DNA of 64,000 nucleotides from Victivallales bacterium. GTDB taxonomy: Bacteria; Verrucomicrobiota; Lentisphaeria; Victivallales; GWF2-38-69. The position numbers and the translations under genes are program-made. The DNA lies in the NCBI GenBank assembly GCA_021733985.1, contig JAIPJT010000004.1:2923-66922 (forward strand), written 5' to 3'. The notes beneath the pieces were generated by a model. It saw nothing but the letters and a program-made list of their open reading frames with translations, made no database searches and was not told where the DNA came from. Of the stretch, positions 31,152-39,783 are shown piece by piece (position 1 is the stretch's first letter; every line of letters starts with the position of its first letter).

Positions 31152-32399
31152 TTAGCAGTATTTTTCTTCTAAAGCTTTAAAGGTTTCATCGATTGACTTT
31201 AAGGTGTATTTTAAGTCTTTATCTGTATGTCGATAACAAACATACCAGTGGTGATAAGGCTGCAGGAATACATTTTTTCTAATCATTTCAGTATAGAATT
31301 CTTTCCTGATCGCTTTATATGATCCATCTTCATTCTTTGGAAAAGTGATAAAGAACATCGGCGGAATTCCTGTCAGATCTGCATCAATTTTACTTTCAAC
31401 GAGAATTTTTTTAATGCCGTTCATCAAGTATTCGCCCTTTTTCCATATTGTTTCAAGAATATCATTATTTTCGAGTAGTTCTATTGTTTTAAGAGCAGCA
31501 ACATGGCTTATACTGTTGGGGAAGAATGTAGAAGATATGAATACATTTTTGACTGCTTCTTTCATGAATTCTTTTTTTCCGGCTACAGCTCCTATCGGGT
31601 AACCGTTAGCCATAGCTTTGCCGAAAACAGCCATATCAGGTGTTACCCCGTAATATTTCTGTGCACCCCCAAGCGTGACTCTGAAACCGGTTCTTATCTC
31701 GTCAAAAATAACTACAGCGCCATACCTATGTGCAAGTTCCTTAACACTTTCCAGATATCCGGGTTTGGGAGCTTCCATAGGTTTTGCAGTCGGATGCGCA
31801 AAAGGGGTGATAATAACCGCTGCTGTATTGTTCTCATGTTCTTTCAGTAAACTTTCGAGATTTTCAAGATCATTATAATGAAATTCGTGAATATCTTCAT
31901 AAACTTTTTTAGGGACTCCGCCTTTTACTTCTACGCACCAGTTATGCCACCCGTGATATCCGCATCTTAATACTTTTGTCTTCTGTGTATAGGATCGGGC
32001 TATTCTTATTGCGCTTGTTGTTGCATCTGAGCCGGTTGTTACAAAAAGGCTCATTTCTGCGCAGGGAATGTGTTCACGCATTTTTACAGCCAAATCATTC
32101 TGAAATTTCTGAGTTAAGGAAAAACAAAATCCTTTTTCTCTTATTTGTTTAATAACGGCTTCATCGATTTCTTCTTCTCTGTATCCTAAAAGTATCGGGC
32201 CGTATGCACAAAGGTAATCAATATATTCATTACCGTCAATATCTTCTATTCTGCCGCCTTTAGCTTTGTCAAAATAAATAGGATATTCACCTTCTACAAA
32301 GTTATAAGGCCTTCTAATCCCGAGTACACCGCCGGGGATATTTTCTTTGCCTCTTTCGTATTCATTGAGTGAATTGGTGAGATTCAGCTTTTCTGTCAT
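31152..32399 (-). CDS. kat: Class III aminotransferase, probable 3-aminobutyryl-CoA aminotransferase
   Basis: PGGVLGIRRPYNFVEGEYP, FDEIRTGFR, FGKAMANG, SSTFFPNS, QPYHH resemble the Cloacamonas Kat as recalled; first gene of a lysine operon lacking kal. Confidence 0.82.
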   Translation of the reverse strand: MTEKLNLTNSLNEYERGKENIPGGVLGIRRPYNFVEGEYPIYFDKAKGGRIEDIDGNEYIDYLCAYGPILLGYREEEIDEAVIKQIREKGFCFSLTQKFQNDLAVKMREHIPCAEMSLFVTTGSDATTSAIRIARSYTQKTKVLRCGYHGWHNWCVEVKGGVPKKVYEDIHEFHYNDLENLESLLKEHENNTAAVIITPFAHPTAKPMEAPKPGYLESVKELAHRYGAVVIFDEIRTGFRVTLGGAQKYYGVTPDMAVFGKAMANGYPIGAVAGKKEFMKEAVKNVFISSTFFPNSISHVAALKTIELLENNDILETIWKKGEYLMNGIKKILVESKIDADLTGIPPMFFITFPKNEDGSYKAIRKEFYTEMIRKNVFLQPYHHWYVCYRHTDKDLKYTLKSIDETFKALEEKYC

Positions 32400-32607
32400 A
32401 ATTAACTCCTAATGTTATTTTTTATCCAAAAACTGATATTTGTGAGCCTCTGAAAAATAATGATATCATTGTATATTTTCATTACAATAAAAAAAATAAT
32501 TTACTATTGAAAATAAAAAAAATATATAACTAAAAGTCAAACAAATAATTGACTTATAAATTAATTAATATTTATTTGAATAAAAAAGATAAATAAAGGA
32601 AGGTGAA

Positions 32608-34173
32608 ATGTTACTATACTATAAAAAATTAAGATCACTAAGAAAAGCCACAGGCTTACAGACCAAAGTGTTTTGTGAACGCATAGGTGTTTCAGTTTCA
32701 ACTTTGTGGCACTGGGAGAAAGGCAGTAAAACGCCATCAGAGAAAAGAGTTAGAAAATTAGCGAAAGTTTTATGCGTATCGGTTGATGAAATATCGGATC
32801 TGACTCCTGAATACAAAAAATCAGATCAGGATCTGTCTGAGATAATCAATATCTGGCGTGACAATTCGGGTTTGAGTATGAAGGAATCGGAAGCCGAGTT
32901 TAATATACTTATAAATAAATTAATTAGGCAGCATAAAAACCTGATTCAGCATTCCTTAATAACAAAAGCAATACTTTCATCTATTAATTCAATTATATAT
33001 ATTAAAGACATCAATCAAAAATATTTAGTTGCCAATGATGCTTTTATTGAATTATTGGGATTGATTAATGGTTACAGGGTTGACGGAAAAACAGATTTTG
33101 ATTTTTATAATAGTACAGAAGCTAAAGAGATTATTAATCAGGACAATCAGGTTCTTTCTACTGGTAAGCCCATAACAAATTTAAACAGTTTTATGCCCGG
33201 TACAAAAAAGAAGAGACATGCATTAATTTCAAAGTTTCCAATTCTTGATTCAGAGAATAAAATTGTAGGACTTATTGGGACTTACAATGATATTACAGAA
33301 ATGAAAAAGGCGGGAAGAGTAAGAGAGATACTTGAAATATATGTGGGGGCGATGACAGACTGCTTATCTGTTTTTTTCAGTCACAATTATAAGTACATAT
33401 TTGTAAATAATGCTTATGCAGATATTTTCGGATATCCTGTAGAAAAATTTTATGAGGGTGGACTGATTGATTTTTTTGCTGAAAAATGTGTTCATCCTGA
33501 TGACAGGGAACAAGAAAAAAAATATTTAAAGGAAAAAAACTGGCCTAAACAACGTATTTACAGGATTATTAAACCGAACGGTGATGTCAGGTGGCTGGAA
33601 GGAAGTGTGAACAGAAGAAAATATTTTGGTAAGGAATGCTGTATTTCAGTTAACCGTGATATAACAGAAAGAGTTTACGAATCTGCCTTTAGCGACCTGT
33701 TCGGGCTTATACTGGAACATTCTGATGATGTCCTGTGGATTAGAGATAAAACAGAAAATGAAGGGTTGGTTTTTGTATCAGTTTCTGTCAGAAAACTTTA
33801 TGGTCATTCAGAAGATATTTTTTACAAAGATTCATTTTTTTGGTTAAATAAATGTCTTTATTCAAAAGATAAAACTGTATGGTTATTAAACGAAGAAAAC
33901 AGTTCTCTCCGGGACTATAAAAAGGAATACAGGATATATGATTCTAAACAGCAGCTTAAGTGGATAGAATTAACATGCTTCGAATACAAATTTTTAGGTA
34001 AAGAGTGTTATTGTTATCTTGAAAAAAATATTACTGATAAAAAGGCTGTGGAAAAGTCAAAGGAAAATGAAAGCCTAAGAAAGGTTGCGAAAAAACTAAG
34101 AAAAATGGATTTTAATACAGATTTAATTTCCGAGATAACAGAATTAAGTAGAAAACAAATTGAAGTTTTATAG
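32608..34173 (+). CDS. XRE-family HTH + three PAS domains regulator with Rpn-like C-terminal tail (paralogue 3)
   Basis: HTH (VSVSTLWHWE), PAS repeats (IYIKD, VHPDDRE, DITE), tail VAKKLRKMDFNTDLISEITELSRKQIEVL. Confidence 0.82.
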   Translation: MLLYYKKLRSLRKATGLQTKVFCERIGVSVSTLWHWEKGSKTPSEKRVRKLAKVLCVSVDEISDLTPEYKKSDQDLSEIINIWRDNSGLSMKESEAEFNILINKLIRQHKNLIQHSLITKAILSSINSIIYIKDINQKYLVANDAFIELLGLINGYRVDGKTDFDFYNSTEAKEIINQDNQVLSTGKPITNLNSFMPGTKKKRHALISKFPILDSENKIVGLIGTYNDITEMKKAGRVREILEIYVGAMTDCLSVFFSHNYKYIFVNNAYADIFGYPVEKFYEGGLIDFFAEKCVHPDDREQEKKYLKEKNWPKQRIYRIIKPNGDVRWLEGSVNRRKYFGKECCISVNRDITERVYESAFSDLFGLILEHSDDVLWIRDKTENEGLVFVSVSVRKLYGHSEDIFYKDSFFWLNKCLYSKDKTVWLLNEENSSLRDYKKEYRIYDSKQQLKWIELTCFEYKFLGKECYCYLEKNITDKKAVEKSKENESLRKVAKKLRKMDFNTDLISEITELSRKQIEVL

Positions 34174-34223
34174 TTTTATAAGTTTACCGAATAACTTTTT
34201 TATAAAGGGAATTTAAAATATCT

Positions 34224-34616
34224 ATGAATAATAATAAAAAATATATTTACAAAGAGGGGTTTAATTTTAATTTTGATAATTCCGCCTGTGAACATTGCGG
34301 AGGAAAATGCTGTTCCGGAGAGAGCGGTTATATCTGGATAACTCAGGCGGAAATAAAAAAAACAGCTGAATATTTAGATGTTAAATTAAATACTTTTTTT
34401 ACAGAATATTTAAGATTTAAAAATGGTAGTTATACTATAAAAGATATTAAGTACGGTGGTTATTATTCCTGCCTCTTTTTTGATAGAGAAGAAAATAAAT
34501 GTCTAATATATCCGGTTAGACCTTTACAGTGTAGAACATACCCGTTCTGGGAAATGTATATGGGAGATTCTGAAGAATTATTTGATGATTGTCCAGGTGT
34601 AAAAAAGCTTCCATGA
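34224..34616 (+). CDS. YkgJ family cysteine-cluster protein
   Basis: CEHCGGKCC, CLFFD...CLIYPVRPLQCRTYPFW, CPG. Confidence 0.9.
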   Translation: MNNNKKYIYKEGFNFNFDNSACEHCGGKCCSGESGYIWITQAEIKKTAEYLDVKLNTFFTEYLRFKNGSYTIKDIKYGGYYSCLFFDREENKCLIYPVRPLQCRTYPFWEMYMGDSEELFDDCPGVKKLP

Positions 34617-34641
34617 AACAGGGTGCATGCACCCTGTTTTT
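34616..34641. terminator. Bidirectional intrinsic terminator between ykgJ-like gene and kamA
   Basis: Perfect palindrome AAACAGGGTGCATGCACCCTGTTT plus T-run. Confidence 0.8.
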
Positions 34642-34685
34642 GTTTCAGAAAAGATTAAACTTCGCTGAACGAAGAACAGCATTAA

Positions 34686-35933
34686 CTATCTCCTGTTCAA
34701 ATTCTGTATATTTTCCTCGAGCAGGGTTGCCACTCCTTCTGATGGAGTAAAAAATTTATATGTGTTTTTACAGATATTACATCTTCCGCAGTCTGAAGAG
34801 GTATCTGATGGCTGAGTATATACTGTTATTGTACCTTCATAGTTACGCAGTATGAGTTTTTTATCAGATCTCGAAATTACATAGTTGGGCATTACCGGTA
34901 TTTTACCACCTCCGCCTGGTGCATCTACAACGTAAGTCGGAACAGCCATTCCGGAAGTATGGCCTCTTAAATTTTCGATTATTTCAATACCTTTTCCTAC
35001 GGAAGTTCTGAAATGACTTATTCCTGTAGATAGATCACATTGATATATATAGTACGGTTTTACTCTTATTTTCAAAAGTTCATGCATTAACTCTTTCATA
35101 ATAAAAGGACAGTCGTTTACATCACGCAGCAGTACGGTTTGATTGCCCACAGGGACCCCGTTCTCAGTAAGTTTGTCGCAGGCGATTTTTGCTTCTTCTG
35201 TTATTTCGTCCGGATGATTAAAGTGAGTATTGAAGAAAATAGGCTGATATTTTTTTATAATATTTACAAGGTTGTCTGTTATTCTCTGCGGCATAACTAC
35301 AGGAGTTCTGCTTCCAATTCTGATGATTTCGACATGATTAATATTTCTTAAAGTTTCCAGAATATACTCAATCCTGCTATCCGGTAATGTTAAAGGATCA
35401 CCTCCGGAAACAATTACATCCCTGATCTGCTTATTTTTTTTAATATAATTTACAGCATCCAAAAAACATTCCTTATTAAAACCGCTTTCATCACAACCTA
35501 CAACTCTGCGGCGAGTACAGTGTCTGCAGTACATAGAGCATTTTCTTGTAACAAGGAGGAGAACTCTGTCAGGGTATCGATGAGTTAAACCTGGTACAGG
35601 TGAATCTATATCTTCATGGAGTGGGTCAGAAATATCCGAATCATCTTTAATTAGTTCCTGTATTCTTGGGACAGCCTGTAATCTGATGGGGCATCTAATA
35701 TAATTTTCATCGATGAGTGCGGCGTAATAGGGGGTAATTGCCATTTTGAATTTTTTTAAACTTATGGCCAGCTGTTCTTTTTCCTTTTCATCAATTGTAA
35801 TGATCTTTGAAAGAGACGAAATGTCTTTAATTGTGTTATTTAACTGCCATTTCCAGTCATTCCAGTCTTCGTCTTTTACATCCTTAAATATCGGAATATG
35901 CTTGTGGAGTACTTTTCTGTAGATCTTCTTCAT
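34686..35933 (-). CDS. kamA: L-lysine 2,3-aminomutase (radical SAM, PLP)
   Basis: WNDWKWQL, LTHRYPDR, CSMYCRHCTRRR, SGGDPL, DAPGGGGKIP. Confidence 0.96.
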   Translation of the reverse strand: MKKIYRKVLHKHIPIFKDVKDEDWNDWKWQLNNTIKDISSLSKIITIDEKEKEQLAISLKKFKMAITPYYAALIDENYIRCPIRLQAVPRIQELIKDDSDISDPLHEDIDSPVPGLTHRYPDRVLLLVTRKCSMYCRHCTRRRVVGCDESGFNKECFLDAVNYIKKNKQIRDVIVSGGDPLTLPDSRIEYILETLRNINHVEIIRIGSRTPVVMPQRITDNLVNIIKKYQPIFFNTHFNHPDEITEEAKIACDKLTENGVPVGNQTVLLRDVNDCPFIMKELMHELLKIRVKPYYIYQCDLSTGISHFRTSVGKGIEIIENLRGHTSGMAVPTYVVDAPGGGGKIPVMPNYVISRSDKKLILRNYEGTITVYTQPSDTSSDCGRCNICKNTYKFFTPSEGVATLLEENIQNLNRR

Positions 35934-36205
35934 GGTAATGTTTTCTCCCCCAAATTATTTTATTTAAAATGATAAAAACCCGAATAATATAGCTCGGTTC
36001 AGAAAATTAAACAGCCAAGAAGTAAAATAATATTTTATATTTTATATTTTTCCAGTTTTTTTGTATGAATCGATTGTTCTTTTTTTAATAGAGATTTATA
36101 ATATAAGCTGTAACAATTAATATGAATTGTAATTATTTAACAGTTAACTAATAGAGTTACTGTTCTTATTATGTTTAATTTACCATTATCGAAAGGGAAG
36201 TAACA

Positions 36206-37636
36206 ATGCCTGATATTGGCACTATATTTAGAGTAGGAGAAACTTTAAAACGAGCTATTCAGGCAGACGCTGTATTCAGACAGTCTGACCAGGAACATGT
36301 AGATAGAATTGTCAGATCTGTATACAGAACTGTAATGAATAATAGAATTAAGTTTGCTAAAATGGCCGTAGAAGAGACTGGACTTGGACGCTGGGAGGAT
36401 AAAGTCTTAAAGACTGTAGTCGCATCCCAGTTTGTTTACGAATATATCAAAGATAGAAAAACTGTCGGAGTTGTTTCTGACGATGTAGAGAAAGGGATAA
36501 CTGAAATAGCTCACCCTATAGGAACGGTTCTCGGAATAGTATCAAAGACGGATCCCATTGCTTCAGCAGTTTTTAAGATAATTATAGCAATGAAAACAAG
36601 AAACCCTATAATTATTGCTTCTGACCCAAAAGCCGTTAAGACTACAGAAGCTGTTTGTGATTTATGTTATGAAGCAGCATTAAAGGAAGATGCTCCCGAA
36701 GACTGTATTCAGTGTTTTTATGATACTTCAACAGATGAGTTTGAAAACTTAATAGCGGACAAACGTTTGAACCTGATTATTGCTGCCGGAGACGGAGCAG
36801 TAAAAGAAAATAATAATGTTAAAGCACCTGTAATTGGAAGCGGCAGCGGCAATGTTCCCGTTTACATTGCCGAAGACATTGACCCTGATTTTGTTGCTAA
36901 GCAAATTATCGATTCAAAAGTTTTTGACCAGGGTGTAATGAATTCAAGCGAACAGGCTGTTGTAATAAACAAAAATATTACAAAACAGTTTAAAACTGCA
37001 ATAGAGAAAAAGGGCGGACATTTTGTAACAGAAAAAGAAAAGAAAATGTTAATCGATTATGTTCTGGAAAAAGGAGATAAGGTAAATAAAGATATAACAG
37101 GCCAAAGTCCACAGATTATTGCAGCAAACTCAGGCTTCAAAGTACCTGAAACTACAAAATTATTAATTGTACCTCTGAAAGGTGTGGGAAGTGAATATCC
37201 GCTCTCGGAGAAAGTGCTCGCACCTTTAATAGCGTTTTACGAAGTAGAAGATTTTCATGAGGCTATTAATGTTTGTATCGATTTGAATTATTATGAAGGT
37301 ATTGGTCATACAGTATGCATTTATTCTAATGACCATGATAAAATAAAGAAATTTGCTATGGAGATGAATGCCGGGCGAGTTATTGTAAACAGCCCTAGTT
37401 CAATGGGTGCTGTTGGTGGAATATACAATCTTCTGCCTCCATCTTTTTCATTGGCATGCGGAGCTGTTGGGAAGACTATAACTATGGATAATGTTTCCAT
37501 AAAGCATCTTATAAATTTACAGAGAATCTCGAGAAGAAGAATAAATCAGAGGTTACGGGATTTTGACAGGAAGATGTACATTGATGAAAGTAAAAATATA
37601 GATGAAATAGAGAGGTTGTTTAATAAAAACTATTAA
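36206..37636 (+). CDS. CoA-acylating aldehyde dehydrogenase (AdhE N-domain) homologue lacking the catalytic Cys
   Basis: AVEETGLG, KTRNPII, LSEKVLAP, GHT, PSFSLACG; the usual FDNGxICASEQ reads FDQGVMNSSEQ. Confidence 0.85.
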   Translation: MPDIGTIFRVGETLKRAIQADAVFRQSDQEHVDRIVRSVYRTVMNNRIKFAKMAVEETGLGRWEDKVLKTVVASQFVYEYIKDRKTVGVVSDDVEKGITEIAHPIGTVLGIVSKTDPIASAVFKIIIAMKTRNPIIIASDPKAVKTTEAVCDLCYEAALKEDAPEDCIQCFYDTSTDEFENLIADKRLNLIIAAGDGAVKENNNVKAPVIGSGSGNVPVYIAEDIDPDFVAKQIIDSKVFDQGVMNSSEQAVVINKNITKQFKTAIEKKGGHFVTEKEKKMLIDYVLEKGDKVNKDITGQSPQIIAANSGFKVPETTKLLIVPLKGVGSEYPLSEKVLAPLIAFYEVEDFHEAINVCIDLNYYEGIGHTVCIYSNDHDKIKKFAMEMNAGRVIVNSPSSMGAVGGIYNLLPPSFSLACGAVGKTITMDNVSIKHLINLQRISRRRINQRLRDFDRKMYIDESKNIDEIERLFNKNY

Positions 37637-37666
37637 TATTTTATATAGAATATATGAGGAGGAAAC

Positions 37667-37960
37667 ATGGCTGTTACTTTAAATCGTAATGATGGGACAG
37701 TAAATTTTGTTTTTGAAGGCAGAATGGACACAATAAAATGTATGTCGGCAGAGAAAGATGTAGTAGAAAATATTAATGAGAATGACCAGGTAGTATTCGA
37801 CCTCAAAGAGGTTGATTATATTGCATCTTCTTTTCTAAGATTATGCGGTAGAGCATCGAATACTGTTGGTGTGGAAAATTTTTCTGTTATAAATGTATCT
37901 CCCTCTGTTAAAAAAGTATTTAAAATAGCCGGCCTTGCCAACAGATTAAATATCAAATAA
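37667..37960 (+). CDS. STAS-domain anti-sigma factor antagonist
   Basis: GRMD, DLKEVDYIASSFLR (phospho-Ser motif), VFKIAGL. Confidence 0.9.
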   Translation: MAVTLNRNDGTVNFVFEGRMDTIKCMSAEKDVVENINENDQVVFDLKEVDYIASSFLRLCGRASNTVGVENFSVINVSPSVKKVFKIAGLANRLNIK

Positions 37961-37976
37961 TTGCCTTTAAAATTAA

Positions 37977-38384
37977 ATGAAAAGAATAAAGAAAAAGGCA
38001 ACATTCGAGAATTTAGAGGAAGTCCTGCAATTTGTGAAGGTCGGTGCAAAAGCGTTTGGTTTTGACAAAGCTGCTATTGCCGATCTAATTCTTGCCGTTG
38101 AAGAGGTTTTGGTCAATATTATTAGCTATGCCTATACAGATCAGTGTAAAAGTGGATACATGGAAGTAAGATATAAAAATAATAATAGTTCTTATTCAAT
38201 AACTTTTCTTGATACCGGCAAAAAATTTGATCCTACTGCAGTAAGTGAGCCAGATACCTCAATTCCTATTAACCAAAGAAGGATGGGGGGAATGGGAATA
38301 CACATTGTAAGAAATATTGTCGATAATCTTCAATATAAAAGGGAAGGCGGTAAGAATATTTTCACTATTGAGAAGAAAAAATAA
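37977..38384 (+). CDS. RsbW-like anti-sigma factor / Ser kinase (HATPase_c)
   Basis: LAVEEVLVNIISYAY, DTGKKFDP, GGMGIHIV. Confidence 0.9.
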   Translation: MKRIKKKATFENLEEVLQFVKVGAKAFGFDKAAIADLILAVEEVLVNIISYAYTDQCKSGYMEVRYKNNNSSYSITFLDTGKKFDPTAVSEPDTSIPINQRRMGGMGIHIVRNIVDNLQYKREGGKNIFTIEKKK

Positions 38385-38473
38385 TTTCTAAATATTGCCT
38401 GTAGGCTTCTTTGGAAAAATTTTTGGAGTCAGAAAAAGTGTGGTTTTATTTTTTTATATGATTAAGAAGAATA

Positions 38474-39202
38474 TCAGTTTGAGACAATGCTTGCTTTATT
38501 GGTATTTCCATTTAGCACTTCTATCAGATTATTGGGATTCGAATAATTGAAAACTACAATGGGTAGGTCATTGTCTTTACATAAAGAAAAAGCTGTTGAA
38601 TCCATTATTTTAAGATTTTGCATTAAGGCTTTTTCATAAGTTATTTTTTCGTAACGCACAGCGTCCGGTGAAGTTTCAGGATCAGCTGAAAAAATTCCAT
38701 TCACTTTTGTTGCCTTCAACACAGCTTCGGCGTCAATTTCAAGGGCTCTTAAAACTGCTGTAGTATCAGTTGTAAAAAAAGGATGCCCGGTCCCACCGGC
38801 AAAAATCACAACACAACCTTCTTCGAGGTACTTTACTGCTTTTTCATGATCAAATGTTTCTGCAATAGGTTCTATATGTTGTGAAGTTTGAATTTTACAT
38901 GTAATGCCATTAGCCTCAAAGCAGTCTTTTATCATGAGTCCATTCATAACAGTTCCAAGCATTCCCATATAATCAGCCCTGACAGGGTCCATTCCTATTT
39001 TTTTCCCAAGTTTTCCCCGCCATATATTTCCTGCACCTATGACAAGGGCAAGTTCTATCCCTGCATCAAGAACATTAATTAAATTATTAATGAGAGTTTT
39101 AAGTGCATCCGGACAGTAACCGGGTTCATTTGGCTTACTTAAAGCTTCACCACTTATTTTTAGAAGAATCCTTTTATAAGGGAAATTACTTTTCATTTTC
39201 AC
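38474..39202 (-). CDS. pyrH: Uridylate kinase
   Basis: RILLKISGEAL, GAGNIWRG, DYMGMLGT, GTGHPFFTTD, MDSTAF. Confidence 0.96.
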   Translation of the reverse strand: MKMKSNFPYKRILLKISGEALSKPNEPGYCPDALKTLINNLINVLDAGIELALVIGAGNIWRGKLGKKIGMDPVRADYMGMLGTVMNGLMIKDCFEANGITCKIQTSQHIEPIAETFDHEKAVKYLEEGCVVIFAGGTGHPFFTTDTTAVLRALEIDAEAVLKATKVNGIFSADPETSPDAVRYEKITYEKALMQNLKIMDSTAFSLCKDNDLPIVVFNYSNPNNLIEVLNGNTNKASIVSN

Positions 39203-39270
39203 TCCAAAAAAAACATTTCATAATAGATCATTATAAAAAATCTATTATGAAATTTTAAAAATTATAATTT

Positions 39271-39732
39271 TTAGATAGTTGCAAGCAGTACTATAGCGAA
39301 GGCCATTACAAAAATTGCTACCGTTTCAATAATACCGAGTGCCATAAGATAGTTTACAAATCCTTTACCGGTTTCTCCAAATGCATCGCAGGATGCAGCA
39401 GCAGCTTTTCCCTGCCAAAGAGCTGACATTCCAAGACCTGCTCCGCCTGCAAAGCCGATAATCAAATAAAGTGGCCACATTCCTGGGTTTGCTGTTACTT
39501 TTCCGTTAAGAATGAACATTAAGATCATACCGTAAATAGTCTGTGAGAGTGGTGCTCCTGCAAATACAACAAGCTGGAAAGGTGCCGGTTTACTTTGTGC
39601 ATAGCACCTTTTCCAAGCTCCAACAGCAGAAGTACCTGCTGCTCCTGTTCCTAATGCTGAACCTATTGCACCCATTGCTATTGCTGCAAAGGCTCCACCC
39701 TGTCCTAATGCTGTAATTGTTGCTGCGTCCAT
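39271..39732 (-). CDS. ntpK: V/A-type ATPase subunit K (4-TM proteolipid)
   Basis: GSALG, PLSQTIYG, SALWQG, IIETVAIF. Confidence 0.92.
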   Translation of the reverse strand: MDAATITALGQGGAFAAIAMGAIGSALGTGAAGTSAVGAWKRCYAQSKPAPFQLVVFAGAPLSQTIYGMILMFILNGKVTANPGMWPLYLIIGFAGGAGLGMSALWQGKAAAASCDAFGETGKGFVNYLMALGIIETVAIFVMAFAIVLLATI

Positions 39733-39783
39733 AAAATAACTCCTTTTTTATAATTTTTATCTTTAGTTTGAATATGTATAAAT

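Noticed and set aside
32400-32607. Possible lysine or cobalamin riboswitch ahead of the lysine operon
   Set aside because: Spacer is short and extremely AT-rich, with no conserved riboswitch elements.
34686-35933. kamA as EF-P modification enzyme EpmB or osmolyte-synthesis AblA
   Set aside because: Full-length clostridial-type sequence near kamDE/kdd/kce, with no efp/epmA or ablB acetyltransferase adjacent.
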